A DNA stretch of 64,000 bases from Buchnera aphidicola (Chaetogeoica yunlongensis) (GTDB lineage Bacteria; Pseudomonadota; Gammaproteobacteria; Enterobacterales; Enterobacteriaceae), in NCBI GenBank assembly GCA_039829965.1, contig CP139909.1:183962-247961 (forward strand). Direction: 5' to 3'. Position 1 is the stretch's first letter; each line of letters starts with the position of its first letter. The notes beneath the pieces were generated by a model. That model was not told where the DNA came from, made no database searches, and saw only the letters and a list, made by a program, of their open reading frames with translations. Shown here in pieces: positions 33,964-44,406 of the stretch. The position numbers were made by a program, and so were the translations under genes.

Positions 33964-35382
33964 ATGACAAGTAAAAAAATTAATACACAGATAGTAATTA
34001 TTGGTTCTGGTCCATCTGGGTATTCTGCTGCATTTCGTTGTGCAGATTTGGGTTTAAATACTGTATTAGTAGAACAATATGATACTTTAGGAGGTGTGTG
34101 TTTAAATGTTGGTTGTATTCCTTCTAAATATTTATTACATATAGCTAAAGTTATTAAAGATTCTAGGAAATTATCTGAATTAGGAATAAGTTTTTCGGAT
34201 TTTTCTATAGATTTAAAAAAAGTTCAAGATAGTCAAAAGAAAATAATAAATGATTTTAGTGTTGGCATAGAAAGTATGGCACGTAAAAGAAATGTTAAAG
34301 TAGTAATTGGTCATGCTGAATTTTTAAATACTAATAGTATTATTGTAAAGAATTGTGATAATACTTGCGTTATTTCATTTGACAAGATTGTTATTGCAAC
34401 AGGTTCCATTGCTAAAAAATTATCTTATATTCCATATAATGATTCTAGAGTTTGGGATTCTAGTAAAGCAGTATTAATTCCAGATATTCCAAAACGTTTG
34501 CTGATTATAGGAGGTGGTATTATAGGTTTAGAAATGGCTACTGTATATAGTTCTTTAGGTTCTAAAATAGATATCATAGAAAATTCTCATGAAATATTAT
34601 CTCATTTAGATAGGGATGTAATGAATACTTTCATTTCTTCTATTCAAAGTGATTTTAATATTTTATTAAATTCTAAAGTCATCAACATTGTATCTAAACC
34701 AGAAGGATTGCTAACTTATATAAAAAATGATAGTAATAGTGAATTTTCTTCATTGTATGATGTTGTTTTAGTAGCTACAGGAAGAATTCCTAATATAGAT
34801 ACATTAAAAATTTCTAATACAGGAGTTAAAATAAATTCTCATGGATTTATTAATGTAGATAAGCAATTTTGTACTAATATTTCTAATATTTACGCAATTG
34901 GAGATGTTATCGGTCAACCTATGTTAGCTCATAAAGGAGCACATGAAGGTCATATAGTTGCAGAAGTTATATCTGGTAAAAATCATTATTTTGATCCGTA
35001 TGTTATTCCATGTGTAGCGTATACTAATCCTGAAATTGCTTGGGTAGGTATTACTGAAAAAGAAGCTATTAGAAATAATATTAGTTATGAAGCTTCTTTA
35101 TTTTCTTGGAAAACTTTAGGACGTGCAGTATCTTCACAATGTCAAAATGGTGTGACTAAGTTAATATTTAATAAAAAAACTAACCAAATTATAGGTGGTT
35201 TTATAGTTGGCGTCAATGCAGGTGAATTATTAGGAGAATTATCATTGGCAATTGAAATGGGATGTGATGCTGAAGATTTATCTCTAACAATACATGCTCA
35301 TCCTACTTTATATGAATCAATTAATTTATCTTCTCAAATTTTTCAAGGAACAATTACTGATTTAATTAATAATAAATTATAA
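33964..35382 (+). CDS. lpdA: dihydrolipoyl dehydrogenase (E3)
   Basis: 472 aa. It has the redox disulfide GGVCLNVGCIPSK, FAD and NAD GxGxxG motifs, and the C-terminal HAHPTL. Confidence 0.96.
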   Translation: MTSKKINTQIVIIGSGPSGYSAAFRCADLGLNTVLVEQYDTLGGVCLNVGCIPSKYLLHIAKVIKDSRKLSELGISFSDFSIDLKKVQDSQKKIINDFSVGIESMARKRNVKVVIGHAEFLNTNSIIVKNCDNTCVISFDKIVIATGSIAKKLSYIPYNDSRVWDSSKAVLIPDIPKRLLIIGGGIIGLEMATVYSSLGSKIDIIENSHEILSHLDRDVMNTFISSIQSDFNILLNSKVINIVSKPEGLLTYIKNDSNSEFSSLYDVVLVATGRIPNIDTLKISNTGVKINSHGFINVDKQFCTNISNIYAIGDVIGQPMLAHKGAHEGHIVAEVISGKNHYFDPYVIPCVAYTNPEIAWVGITEKEAIRNNISYEASLFSWKTLGRAVSSQCQNGVTKLIFNKKTNQIIGGFIVGVNAGELLGELSLAIEMGCDAEDLSLTIHAHPTLYESINLSSQIFQGTITDLINNKL

Positions 35383-35846
35383 TATTTATACTTTAATAAT
35401 AAAAACTGATGTATGTGGATATTTTTATAAAAATTTTACAATATTTATTATGCAACGAAGTATATTTAAATGTTTTATTGTTCAGTAGCAAATGTATATT
35501 TAATTTTTAAGTTAAAGTTAAAATAATTCTATTTAAAATATTTTATATTTTTCTATCGCAGATATTATATGTAGATAAGTGGTATTTTATTAAAGTATCA
35601 ATTATTAATTGGCAGTATTTTTACTATATTGTATAGTTATTATAAAAATAAATTTTATTAATAAATATTGATAAAATTTTTTAGTGTATATTGAATTTAT
35701 TTTTTTTTAATTCAATATATTTAGACATTTATATTTTTTATTATTAAAATTTTTAAGCGTTTTTAATAAAAAAAATATAAACAGTATAGTTTTGTATGAT
35801 GAATAAAATTTTTTATTAATTTAAAGATAAGTTTATTTTTTACAAG

Positions 35847-35882
35847 ATAATTTAGGACAATTTTATATTTGTCCTAAATTGT
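35847..35882. repeat. isolated perfect 12-bp (extendable to 14-bp) inverted repeat in the lpdA-erpA spacer
   Basis: aatttaggacaa (35849-35860) pairs with ttgtcctaaatt (35869-35880) across an 8-nt loop. No adjacent U-run on either strand. It lies about 470 nt from lpdA and about 325 nt from erpA. Confidence 0.5.
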
Positions 35883-36204
35883 GTTTAAAGTTATTAAGAT
35901 AGATTTTTTTAATAGAAAAACAATTATAAAAGTAATTTTTATTTAATAAGTTTTAACGTAATATAAGTTTTTTATTAATAAATAATTTTGTTTTATATTT
36001 ATATCACAGAAATGTAGTATTTTTTTTAAGATTGTTTCTAATTTTTATAGTTAAATTTAAATAATTTTTATATTATTTAAATTTTAAAGATGTTATGTTT
36101 ATATATTATTAGTAAGAAATGTGGTGAATTTTATCTTTAATATGAAATTAATTTGGAATTTTAGATTTTTAGTTTTTTTTATTAATTACGATTGTTATTT
36201 TGTT

Positions 36205-36558
36205 TTAGATACTGAATGAAGATCCGCATCCACAGGTAATTTTAGCTTGTGGATTAGATATTATAAACTTTGATCCTTCTAAATTTTCTATGTAATCTAT
36301 GTTTCCACCTTGAAGATATTGAAAACTAATTGGATCTATGATTATGACATTATCATATATATTTATGATAATATCATTTTCATTTTTATTTGTTTCAAAT
36401 TTGAATTTATATTGAAATCCACTACATCCTCCTCCTATTATATAAATTCTAAATTTTAGATTTGGAATATTTTTTTTTTTAACTACATATTTTATTTTTT
36501 TTATTGCTGAGTTAGAAAATGATAAATTTATATTTTTTGCGCTGATATTTATGTTCAT
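36205..36558 (-). CDS. erpA: A-type iron-sulfur cluster insertion protein ErpA
   Basis: 117 aa. ..[20 protein letters not shown].. and the C-terminal ..CGCGSSFSI match E. coli ErpA. An in-frame A11 tract (T11 at 36470-36480) is present. Confidence 0.92.
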   Translation of the reverse strand: MNINISAKNINLSFSNSAIKKIKYVVKKKNIPNLKFRIYIIGGGCSGFQYKFKFETNKNENDIIINIYDNVIIIDPISFQYLQGGNIDYIENLEGSKFIISNPQAKITCGCGSSFSI

Positions 36559-36802
36559 AAAATTTTATTTGAAAGTATTGAAATATGTTTTTTACGATTA
36601 GATATTTATAATAGATATTATTATATATAAATTTATAAGAAAAAAAATATATATAAAATATTTTAATTAACTTTAGTTATATATAGTTAATTTAAATGTA
36701 TATAAATTTTATTTAATAAATACATTTTAACATTTTTGTTTATAACAATTTTTTTTAAAATTTTAAATTTTAGTAATAAATATATATGTTATACATTTAA
36801 TT

Positions 36803-37963
36803 TTATTCATATTTTTTTCTTAAAAATGCAGGTATATCTAGATAATCGGTATTTTTGTCTATTTTTGAATTTTTATTGAATTCATTATAGATATTTTTTT
36901 TAGAATAGTCTTGTGTATAAGAAATTTGATTGGGTTTAATACTATCGGAATGCAATAAAACATTTTTAGGAGGTTGATCTTTGGAAGGATTAGTAGTATT
37001 TTGTTTAATTGTTTTACCAATTCCTGTTGCTACTATAGTAACTCTTAACGTATTTTCTATATTTGTATCTAAAGATGTTCCAATTACAATAGTTGCATGA
37101 TTGGATGAAAATGATCGAATGGTATTTCCTATAGTTTCAAATTCATCTAATTTTATATCTAATCCTGATGTAATATTAACTAGTACACCTTTAGCTCCAG
37201 ATAAATCAATATCTTCTAATAGTGGGCTAGAAATTGCTATTTCTGATGCTTTTTTTGCTCTTTCTTCCCCAGATGATATTCCAGTTCCCATCATTGCATG
37301 TCCCATTTTAGACATTACAGTTTTTACATCAGCAAAATCTACATTGATTAATCCTGGTTTAGTAATTAGTTCTGAAATTCCTTGAACTGCTCCTTTTAAA
37401 ACGTTATTAGCTGTATCAAATGCTTCTAATAAAGAAATACCTTTAGAAAGTACTTTTAATAATTTGTCGTTTGGAATGATGATAATTGAATCTACATGCT
37501 CAGATAATTCACAGATGCCTTGTTCAGCAAAATTCATTCTTTTTGTCCCCTCGAAATGAAAGGGTTTTGTAACTATTGCAACTGTTAAGATTCCTAGTTT
37601 TTTTGAAATTTTAGCAATTATAGGTGCTGCTCCTGTTCCTGTACCTCCTCCCATTCCTGCGGCTATAAATACCATATCTGCTCCTTCTAAAATGGATTTT
37701 AAGTTTTCTTTATCTTCTTCAGCTGCATTTTTTCCTATTTCTGGGTTGGAACCAGCTCCTAGTCCTTTTGTTATATTAGTTCCTATTTGTATTGTTTGGT
37801 CCACTTTAATTTTTCGTAGTGCTTGTGAATCTGTATTTACGGCAAAAAATTCTACTCCTTCTATATTTTCTTTTACCATGTATTCTATTGCATTTCCTCC
37901 TCCTCCGCCTATTCCAATAACTTTTATTATCGCATTATTATTTAATTGTTTTGATTCGAACAT
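36803..37963 (-). CDS. ftsZ: cell division GTPase FtsZ
   Basis: 386 aa. It has [10 protein letters not shown], the tubulin signature [10 protein letters not shown], and the C-terminal [11 protein letters not shown] peptide. Confidence 0.97.
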   Translation of the reverse strand: MFESKQLNNNAIIKVIGIGGGGGNAIEYMVKENIEGVEFFAVNTDSQALRKIKVDQTIQIGTNITKGLGAGSNPEIGKNAAEEDKENLKSILEGADMVFIAAGMGGGTGTGAAPIIAKISKKLGILTVAIVTKPFHFEGTKRMNFAEQGICELSEHVDSIIIIPNDKLLKVLSKGISLLEAFDTANNVLKGAVQGISELITKPGLINVDFADVKTVMSKMGHAMMGTGISSGEERAKKASEIAISSPLLEDIDLSGAKGVLVNITSGLDIKLDEFETIGNTIRSFSSNHATIVIGTSLDTNIENTLRVTIVATGIGKTIKQNTTNPSKDQPPKNVLLHSDSIKPNQISYTQDYSKKNIYNEFNKNSKIDKNTDYLDIPAFLRKKYE

Positions 37964-37998
37964 AATTTTATATCCTTGTTAAGTTTTAAAACAAAAAT

Positions 37999-39264
37999 TT
38001 AAAATTCTTTTTTAATCCAGTTATTAATATGTTTCAAACATTTTACAAAAAAATTACTAGAATTATTTAGTTTTTCAGTAGAAAAATAATATTTTTTTCC
38101 AAAATGTAATAATCCAGTGGCAGTGGAATAACACATCTGTTTTATATTGTAATTATCTTTAATGTTTATATTTATTTTGTGAGGATATCCTATTCTAATT
38201 GGAAAATTAAATATTTTTTCTGCGCAATTCTTGAGTAATTTAATATTTGAAGCACCTCCTGTTAGTACTATTCCAGCCCGTAATTTATTTATATTTCCAA
38301 AATTATTGAGTTTTTTTTGAGTATTATTAATTTCTAAATTAATTAGTGTTAATAGTTCTGTATATCGTGGTTCGATAATTTCATTTAATTTTTTTTGTTC
38401 GATAGTTTTAATTATGATGTTGTCAAGATTTATTATTTTAATTTCTTCAGATGTAGAGTTAGTATTTTGTACAGCACATCCATATTTTATTTTTATTTGT
38501 TCAGCATTTAAAAATGGTATATTAAATGCGTAAGAAATATCATTAGTTACAGTGTTTCCTGCATATGGTATGACGCAACTATGTTGTAATTTTCCGTCAA
38601 TGTAAATTACAATATCTATTGTTCCTCCTCCTATATCTGCAATACACACTCCAAGATTTTTTTCTTCTTTTGTTAATACTGATTCTCCTGAAGCTATTCC
38701 TGAGAATATTGAGTAATCAACTTTTATTCCGCAATTTTCTACTGCTTTGATAATATTTTTTTTTATTTCTGTGTGACAAGTTATTAAATGTACTTTAGCT
38801 TGCATTCTAAATCCAGATAATCCAATTGGATTTTTTATTCCTGTGTATTGATCAATAGAATATTCTTGTGGAATTACGTGTAATATTTTATGTTCATTGC
38901 GTATTTTTACGCATTTTGCAGTATGTATTACGTAATCTACATCTTCTTGAGTTATTTCTTCTTTTGAAATAGGAATTATGCCTATTTCATTTTGACAGTT
39001 TATATATTTGTTAGATAAAGATAAATATATAGAAGAAATTGTGCAATTAGCCATTTTTTCAGCTTGATGAATAACTTGTTTTACAGATTTTACTATAGAT
39101 TTGAGATCATTTATCACGCCTCGATCTATTCCTATAGAATTACTTGTACCTATTCCGATAATATTGATGATTCCTTCATCTAATATTTCTCCTACTATTA
39201 CTACCGTTTTAGTTGTTCCGATTTCCAATCCCACTATCAGTTTTTTTTTTATTACTTTAATCAT
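37999..39264 (-). CDS. ftsA: cell division protein FtsA
   Basis: 421 aa, actin-like (..VGLEIGTTK.., ..DIGGGTIDI.., ..GIVLTGGAS..). Directly upstream of ftsZ. An in-frame A10 tract (T10 at 39241-39250) lies in codons 5-8. Confidence 0.95.
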   Translation of the reverse strand: MIKVIKKKLIVGLEIGTTKTVVIVGEILDEGIINIIGIGTSNSIGIDRGVINDLKSIVKSVKQVIHQAEKMANCTISSIYLSLSNKYINCQNEIGIIPISKEEITQEDVDYVIHTAKCVKIRNEHKILHVIPQEYSIDQYTGIKNPIGLSGFRMQAKVHLITCHTEIKKNIIKAVENCGIKVDYSIFSGIASGESVLTKEEKNLGVCIADIGGGTIDIVIYIDGKLQHSCVIPYAGNTVTNDISYAFNIPFLNAEQIKIKYGCAVQNTNSTSEEIKIINLDNIIIKTIEQKKLNEIIEPRYTELLTLINLEINNTQKKLNNFGNINKLRAGIVLTGGASNIKLLKNCAEKIFNFPIRIGYPHKININIKDNYNIKQMCYSTATGLLHFGKKYYFSTEKLNNSSNFFVKCLKHINNWIKKEF

Positions 39265-39729
39265 AATTTATCTCAAAAAATAAGATGTTTTTTATATTTG
39301 AAGTTTATTTTAAACAAATATGTATTATTTTTAATATTTTATCGTGTTAAATGCAGTTAACTGTAAGAATTTTTTAAATTAGTATTGAAAATTTATTAGT
39401 TAAATTGATATGGAACATATTCCAATAAATTTAATATTAACAATATATTGTGGTAATTATTATTATTTAAAAAAAATTACAAAGTGTTATATTGATTTTA
39501 AAATATAGGAATATTTAATAAATTAATTATTTAATTATTTTTCATTCTCATTTTGTTAAATAAAAATTGATAATTTTAGCTTTTTCTATGAATATTATTA
39601 TTTTACAAATATTTTATATTAAAGTATTTAAAGAATTAAAAAAAAATAAGGATGCATTTGTATTGTTTAATTTGTTTAATTGTATGTTGAACTGTAATTG
39701 TGTTTTTTATATTATTAAATAGATTAATT

Positions 39730-40662
39730 TTAATTTGCTAATTCTAGAATTTGTTTTACTAGTTCTGAAAAAGATATACCTGCTTTTTTTGCTGAAAAAG
39801 GAAATAGACTTTTTTTTGTCATTCCTGGACAAGTATTTGCTTCTAGCAACCAAAATCTTTTTTTGTAATCCATAATTGCATCAATTCTCCCCCATCCTGA
39901 TCCTTCTAAAGTTTTCCATGCTAATAATGCCATTTTTTTTAGTTCTAATTCTTGTTCTGTATTTAGTCCGCTGGAGCATAAATATTTTGTAGATTTAGAA
40001 AAATATTTAGCTTGATAATTATAAAATTCATTATTTTCAAGATTTATTTTTATAATAGGAAGTATTGTTTTGTCTAAAAAACTAATTGTATATTCTTGTC
40101 CATATATGAATTTTTCGATTAAGATTAAATCATCAAACAAAAATGCTGTTTTACATGCTTTGTATAAGTATTCGTATTTATTTACAATTGTGATACCAAT
40201 ACTGGATCCTTCTTGATTTGGTTTTATAATTATAGGTAATTTTAATGGCAAAATATGTTTTTTGAATATTTTGAAAAATTTTTTTTTGAATTCATTTTTT
40301 TTAATGTAACAAAAAGGAATAATGGGTAAATTATTACCTTTCCACAATATTTTTGTTTTTAATTTATTTAGTGATATAGCAGAAGCAAGTGTTTTACTTC
40401 CTGTAAAAGGAATGTTGAGATAATGTAAAATACTTTGTACAGTACCGTTTTCTCCATCTTTACCGTGTAAAGCTATAAAGACTTTTGTAAAATTTTGATA
40501 TGCTAATTGTGTGATAGGAAAAAATTTTGTATCTACAGGCACAGCATTAATTTTAGATTTTAATAGGCTTTTAAGTATGTTGTTTCCTGATAGTAAAGAT
40601 ATATTTCTTTCTTGTGATACTCCGCCTAATAGAACAGCTACTTTTTCAATTTTTTTTTTCAT
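39730..40662 (-). CDS. ddlB: D-alanine--D-alanine ligase
   Basis: ..VAVLLGGVSQERNISLLSG..ALHGKDGENGT..EANTCPGMT is collinear with DdlB. The ATG at 40662 (MKKKIEK) is the likely start; the track ORF starts at 40671. An in-frame A10 tract (T10 at 40650-40659) follows the ATG. Confidence 0.93.
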   Translation of the reverse strand: MKKKIEKVAVLLGGVSQERNISLLSGNNILKSLLKSKINAVPVDTKFFPITQLAYQNFTKVFIALHGKDGENGTVQSILHYLNIPFTGSKTLASAISLNKLKTKILWKGNNLPIIPFCYIKKNEFKKKFFKIFKKHILPLKLPIIIKPNQEGSSIGITIVNKYEYLYKACKTAFLFDDLILIEKFIYGQEYTISFLDKTILPIIKINLENNEFYNYQAKYFSKSTKYLCSSGLNTEQELELKKMALLAWKTLEGSGWGRIDAIMDYKKRFWLLEANTCPGMTKKSLFPFSAKKAGISFSELVKQILELAN

Positions 40663-40672
40663 AATATTCACT

Positions 40673-42073
40673 TTATAGTTTTTGTATAATGAATTTTTCG
40701 ATAATATCGTCTATATTTCCTGCACCTTGTGCTAGTATTAAATCGTTTCCTGATAGTTTTGACGTAACTTTTTTAAATAGTGTATTTAAATCTATAATTA
40801 AAGTTGCAGAAATATTTTTGTTTTTTTTAATTTCTTTGTATAAAGAAAAACTGTTTGATCCATAAGATTCTAATTCATTAGCAGGATATACTTGTAAAAG
40901 AAATAATTCATCTACATTGGAAAGCACATGACTAAATTCTTTTTTAAAAGTTTTTGTTCGAGTATATCTATGTGGTTGAAAAATCATTATTAATTTTTTA
41001 TTTGGCCATCCAGTTCTTGCTGTGTGAATACTTTCTAAAATTTCAGTTGGATGATGTCCGTAATCGTTAATTAGTAAAAATTTCCCCTGTTTATGTAATT
41101 TTAAAGGAATTTTGAATACACCGTGTGATTCAAATCTTCTGTTTACGCCTTGAAAATTTTTTAATGACTTTAGGATTATTTTATCACTTATATGTTCTTG
41201 AATAGCTACAGCAATGGAAGCAGTAGCGTTTAAAGCATTAAATTTTCCTGGTGCGTTAAGATTTATTTTTAGAATAGGTTTATTTTTTCTTATTACGATA
41301 AATGTACTAGTAAATTTTTTTTGTTGGTAATTATTTATTCTTAAATCAGCATTTTTATTAAACCCATAGGTAATAATTTTTCTTTTTATGTGTGGAATTA
41401 TACTCTGAATAGTATTGTCGTCCAGGCATAAAATTGCAGTTCCGTTTATGGGAAGATTATGGATAAATTTTATAAATGCTGATTTTAGGTTATTAAAATT
41501 TTTTTTGTATTTTTCTATATGGTCTTTATCTATATTAGTTATAACACTAATATTTGGTGTAAAATATAGAAAAGAAGCATCACTTTCATCTGCTTCTAAA
41601 ATGCAATAAAATGGATTTTTTCCTATTTTCACATTGTTGTTGATTGATTTTACATATCCTCCGTTAATCAGTGTAGGATATAGTTTGTTTTCTTCAAATA
41701 TATTAAATATCATTGCGGTTGTAGATGTTTTTCCATGAGTTCCGGCAATTATTATATTGTATTTAGAATAGATAATTTTAGAAATTAGTTCTGCTCTTAG
41801 CATTATAGGTATTTTTGAATTGTTAGCTGCTATTATTTCCGGATTGTTTGGTTGAATTGCACTAGATACAACTATTAAATTTGCATTTTGGATATTCTTT
41901 TTTTGGTGAGTTGAAAATATTTTTATTCCTAAATTAGATAATTTTTTTGTAATATTATTAGAAATAATGTCTGATCCAGTAATAGTAAAGTTTTTTTTAA
42001 ACAAAATTTCAGCTATTCCTCCCATGCTGGATCCTCCAATTCCTATAAGATGAATGTGTGAGATATTTTTCAT
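40673..42073 (-). CDS. murC: UDP-N-acetylmuramate--L-alanine ligase
   Basis: 466 aa. HIHLIGIGGSSMGGIAEIL..GSD, AGTHGKTSTT, and dcw cluster position. Confidence 0.95.
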   Translation of the reverse strand: MKNISHIHLIGIGGSSMGGIAEILFKKNFTITGSDIISNNITKKLSNLGIKIFSTHQKKNIQNANLIVVSSAIQPNNPEIIAANNSKIPIMLRAELISKIIYSKYNIIIAGTHGKTSTTAMIFNIFEENKLYPTLINGGYVKSINNNVKIGKNPFYCILEADESDASFLYFTPNISVITNIDKDHIEKYKKNFNNLKSAFIKFIHNLPINGTAILCLDDNTIQSIIPHIKRKIITYGFNKNADLRINNYQQKKFTSTFIVIRKNKPILKINLNAPGKFNALNATASIAVAIQEHISDKIILKSLKNFQGVNRRFESHGVFKIPLKLHKQGKFLLINDYGHHPTEILESIHTARTGWPNKKLIMIFQPHRYTRTKTFKKEFSHVLSNVDELFLLQVYPANELESYGSNSFSLYKEIKKNKNISATLIIDLNTLFKKVTSKLSGNDLILAQGAGNIDDIIEKFIIQKL

Positions 42074-42178
42074 ATTTAAAATAGATAAATAAAGAGTATT
42101 AATTTTTATAAAATTTTTATTTTATATAAAATTTACGTTTAACTAGTTTTAAGTCATTTTTAATAATATTTAAAAGAA

Positions 42179-43246
42179 TTAAAGTACTAATTTTTCAATA
42201 ATTTGAGTGATTTTTTGTGTGGAGTTTATTTTATAATTAGTAGATAAATTTTTAGACATTTTAATTAATGTTTTTCTATCTAAATTTTTTAAGATAGAAA
42301 TTATAATATCAGCATTAAAGTTAGATTGCATAATTATTTTTGCTCCTTTAGCTGTTTTTAAAGGTAAAGCATTCCAGTATTGGTGTTTATCTTTATGTGG
42401 GTATGGTACAAATATTGCAGGTAAACAAACATGTTGTATTTCACTTACTGTTAAAGCTCCTGATCGGCAGATTATTAAATCTGCCCAATAGTATGCTTTG
42501 GATATATCTTTAATAAATGGTGTAACTTTATATATATTATAATTAATCATTTTTTCATATATTTTTTTCATTATTTTTATATTTGTATTTCCAACTTGAT
42601 GCCATAAAATTATTTTATTTTTTAGTACTTTTACTACTTTAGGAAAAGTAAAATTAAATATTTCTGCTCCTTGACTTCCTCCAATTACTAATATTTTTAG
42701 TGGTCCTAATCTATTTTTAAATCGTTTGTAAGAAAATTTTAGATTATTAATAGATTTTCGAATAGGATTTCCAACAGTAATACTATTTTTTTTAATTCTG
42801 ATTGTATTAGGAAAGGCTTGCATATTTATTGTAGCAAATTTTGATAATAGCTTATTAGCTAATCCTAACACTCTATTTTGTTCATGTATGATTAATGGTT
42901 TATTATATAAATATGATATTATGCCTCCTGGAACAGAAATATAATTTCCCATGCCTAGAATAACATCAGGATTTATTTTTTTTATAATTATTTGAGCTTG
43001 ATAACAAGCTCTTATTATTTTTATAGGAATAGTAATTAGGTTTAAAAAACTTTTTCCTCGAACTCCGGTTGTATTGATAAAATTTATCGGGATATTATAT
43101 TTTGGTATTATTTTAGCTTCCATAGTATTAGCACATCCTATCCAAAATATTTTCCATCCATTTTTTTGTAGAGATTTAGCTATTTCTAGACCAGGAGATA
43201 TGTGTCCTAATGTTCCTCCTGCCATAATAATAATTTTTTTTTTCAT
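42179..43246 (-). CDS. murG: UDP-GlcNAc:lipid I GlcNAc transferase
   Basis: 355 aa. MAGGTLGHISPGLEIA.. and ..ICRSGALTVSE.. The ATGA overlaps the ftsW stop. An in-frame A10 tract (T10 at 43234-43243) follows the ATG. Confidence 0.95.
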   Translation of the reverse strand: MKKKIIIMAGGTLGHISPGLEIAKSLQKNGWKIFWIGCANTMEAKIIPKYNIPINFINTTGVRGKSFLNLITIPIKIIRACYQAQIIIKKINPDVILGMGNYISVPGGIISYLYNKPLIIHEQNRVLGLANKLLSKFATINMQAFPNTIRIKKNSITVGNPIRKSINNLKFSYKRFKNRLGPLKILVIGGSQGAEIFNFTFPKVVKVLKNKIILWHQVGNTNIKIMKKIYEKMINYNIYKVTPFIKDISKAYYWADLIICRSGALTVSEIQHVCLPAIFVPYPHKDKHQYWNALPLKTAKGAKIIMQSNFNADIIISILKNLDRKTLIKMSKNLSTNYKINSTQKITQIIEKLVL

Positions 43247-44388
43247 ATATTATTTTTTTGGAATGCTTGTATTTGTGTTATACGTGATTCAAAATCGATG
43301 CGTAAAAGTATCATAATAGAAATGGAAGCAATAATTAAACTAGATCCTCCATAACTAATTAAAGGTAATGTTAATCCTTTAGTGGGTAATAAACCAATAG
43401 TTGTTCCAACGTTAATCAAAGTTTGGAATATTAACCATAATCCGATTGAAATTGCAAGATATCCAGAAAACATATTTTTATATTTTAGTGATTTTTTTCC
43501 TATTTGAATTGCTCTAAATGAAACAAAAAATAACATAGATAATATTATACATATCCCAATATATCCTAATTCTTCACCTATAATGGAAAGTATAAAATCT
43601 GTATACGCTTCAGGTAAATATTCGAGTTTTTGTATTGAGTTTCCTAAACCTGTTCCGAAGACATTTCCTCTTCCTAATGCCATTAATGATTGAGTAAGTT
43701 GATATCCTTTTCCAAAAGGATCTTCCCAAGGATGTAAAAAAGATATTATTCTTTTAATTCGATAAGGAGTGTGTATTATTAAGCTGATAAAAGTTATTAA
43801 AAACATCAATACAATAAATAAAAATTTCCATATTTTTGTTCCTAAAATAAATAATATAGATATTGTAGTTAAAAGGATTATTGTTACACTTCCTAGATCA
43901 GGTTCAGCTAATAATAAAATAGATATAAGAGATATTATAATTATTGGTTTATAAAATCCCCAGAAGTTACTTATTATTTCGGAATGTTTTCTAGATAAAT
44001 AATCGGATAAATAAAAGAATATTGATAGTTTTGCTAATTCAGATGGTTGCATACTTATAGAATAGTTTATTGTAATCCATCTTGAAGCCCCATTGATAGA
44101 ATGTCCAAATATTAATACTAGTAATAATGTAATTATGGAAAAAAAAAGTATAATTTTATTATTTTTTTTCCAAAAAGAAATGGGTATATTAAGAAATATT
44201 TTAAACAGAAATAATAATATTATTAAGTATAAAGATTGTTTTTTAACAAATATAAATATATCATGGTATATGTGTTCAGCTATAGATATAGAAGAAGAAA
44301 TAATCATTGTAGTGCCTATAAGAATTAGACATATAGTAACCCATAATAATTTTATATCGTATAATTTCGTTTGAAAGTTTTTATACAT
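43243..44388 (-). CDS. ftsW: SEDS-family lipid II flippase / PG polymerase FtsW
   Basis: 381 aa, polytopic membrane protein. ..QPSELAKL.., ..PEAYTDFI.., ..GLLPTKGLTLPLISYGGSS are collinear with FtsW. Confidence 0.93.
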   Translation of the reverse strand: MYKNFQTKLYDIKLLWVTICLILIGTTMIISSSISIAEHIYHDIFIFVKKQSLYLIILLFLFKIFLNIPISFWKKNNKIILFFSIITLLLVLIFGHSINGASRWITINYSISMQPSELAKLSIFFYLSDYLSRKHSEIISNFWGFYKPIIIISLISILLLAEPDLGSVTIILLTTISILFILGTKIWKFLFIVLMFLITFISLIIHTPYRIKRIISFLHPWEDPFGKGYQLTQSLMALGRGNVFGTGLGNSIQKLEYLPEAYTDFILSIIGEELGYIGICIILSMLFFVSFRAIQIGKKSLKYKNMFSGYLAISIGLWLIFQTLINVGTTIGLLPTKGLTLPLISYGGSSLIIASISIMILLRIDFESRITQIQAFQKNNI

Positions 44389-44406
44389 TTTTAAAATAAA
44401 CTAAAA

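Noticed and set aside
35687-35719. 11-bp inverted repeat tatattgaatt / aattcaatata with a T-rich loop in the lpdA-erpA spacer.
   Set aside because: Almost pure A/T with very low predicted stability. Repeats like this are expected by chance at this composition.
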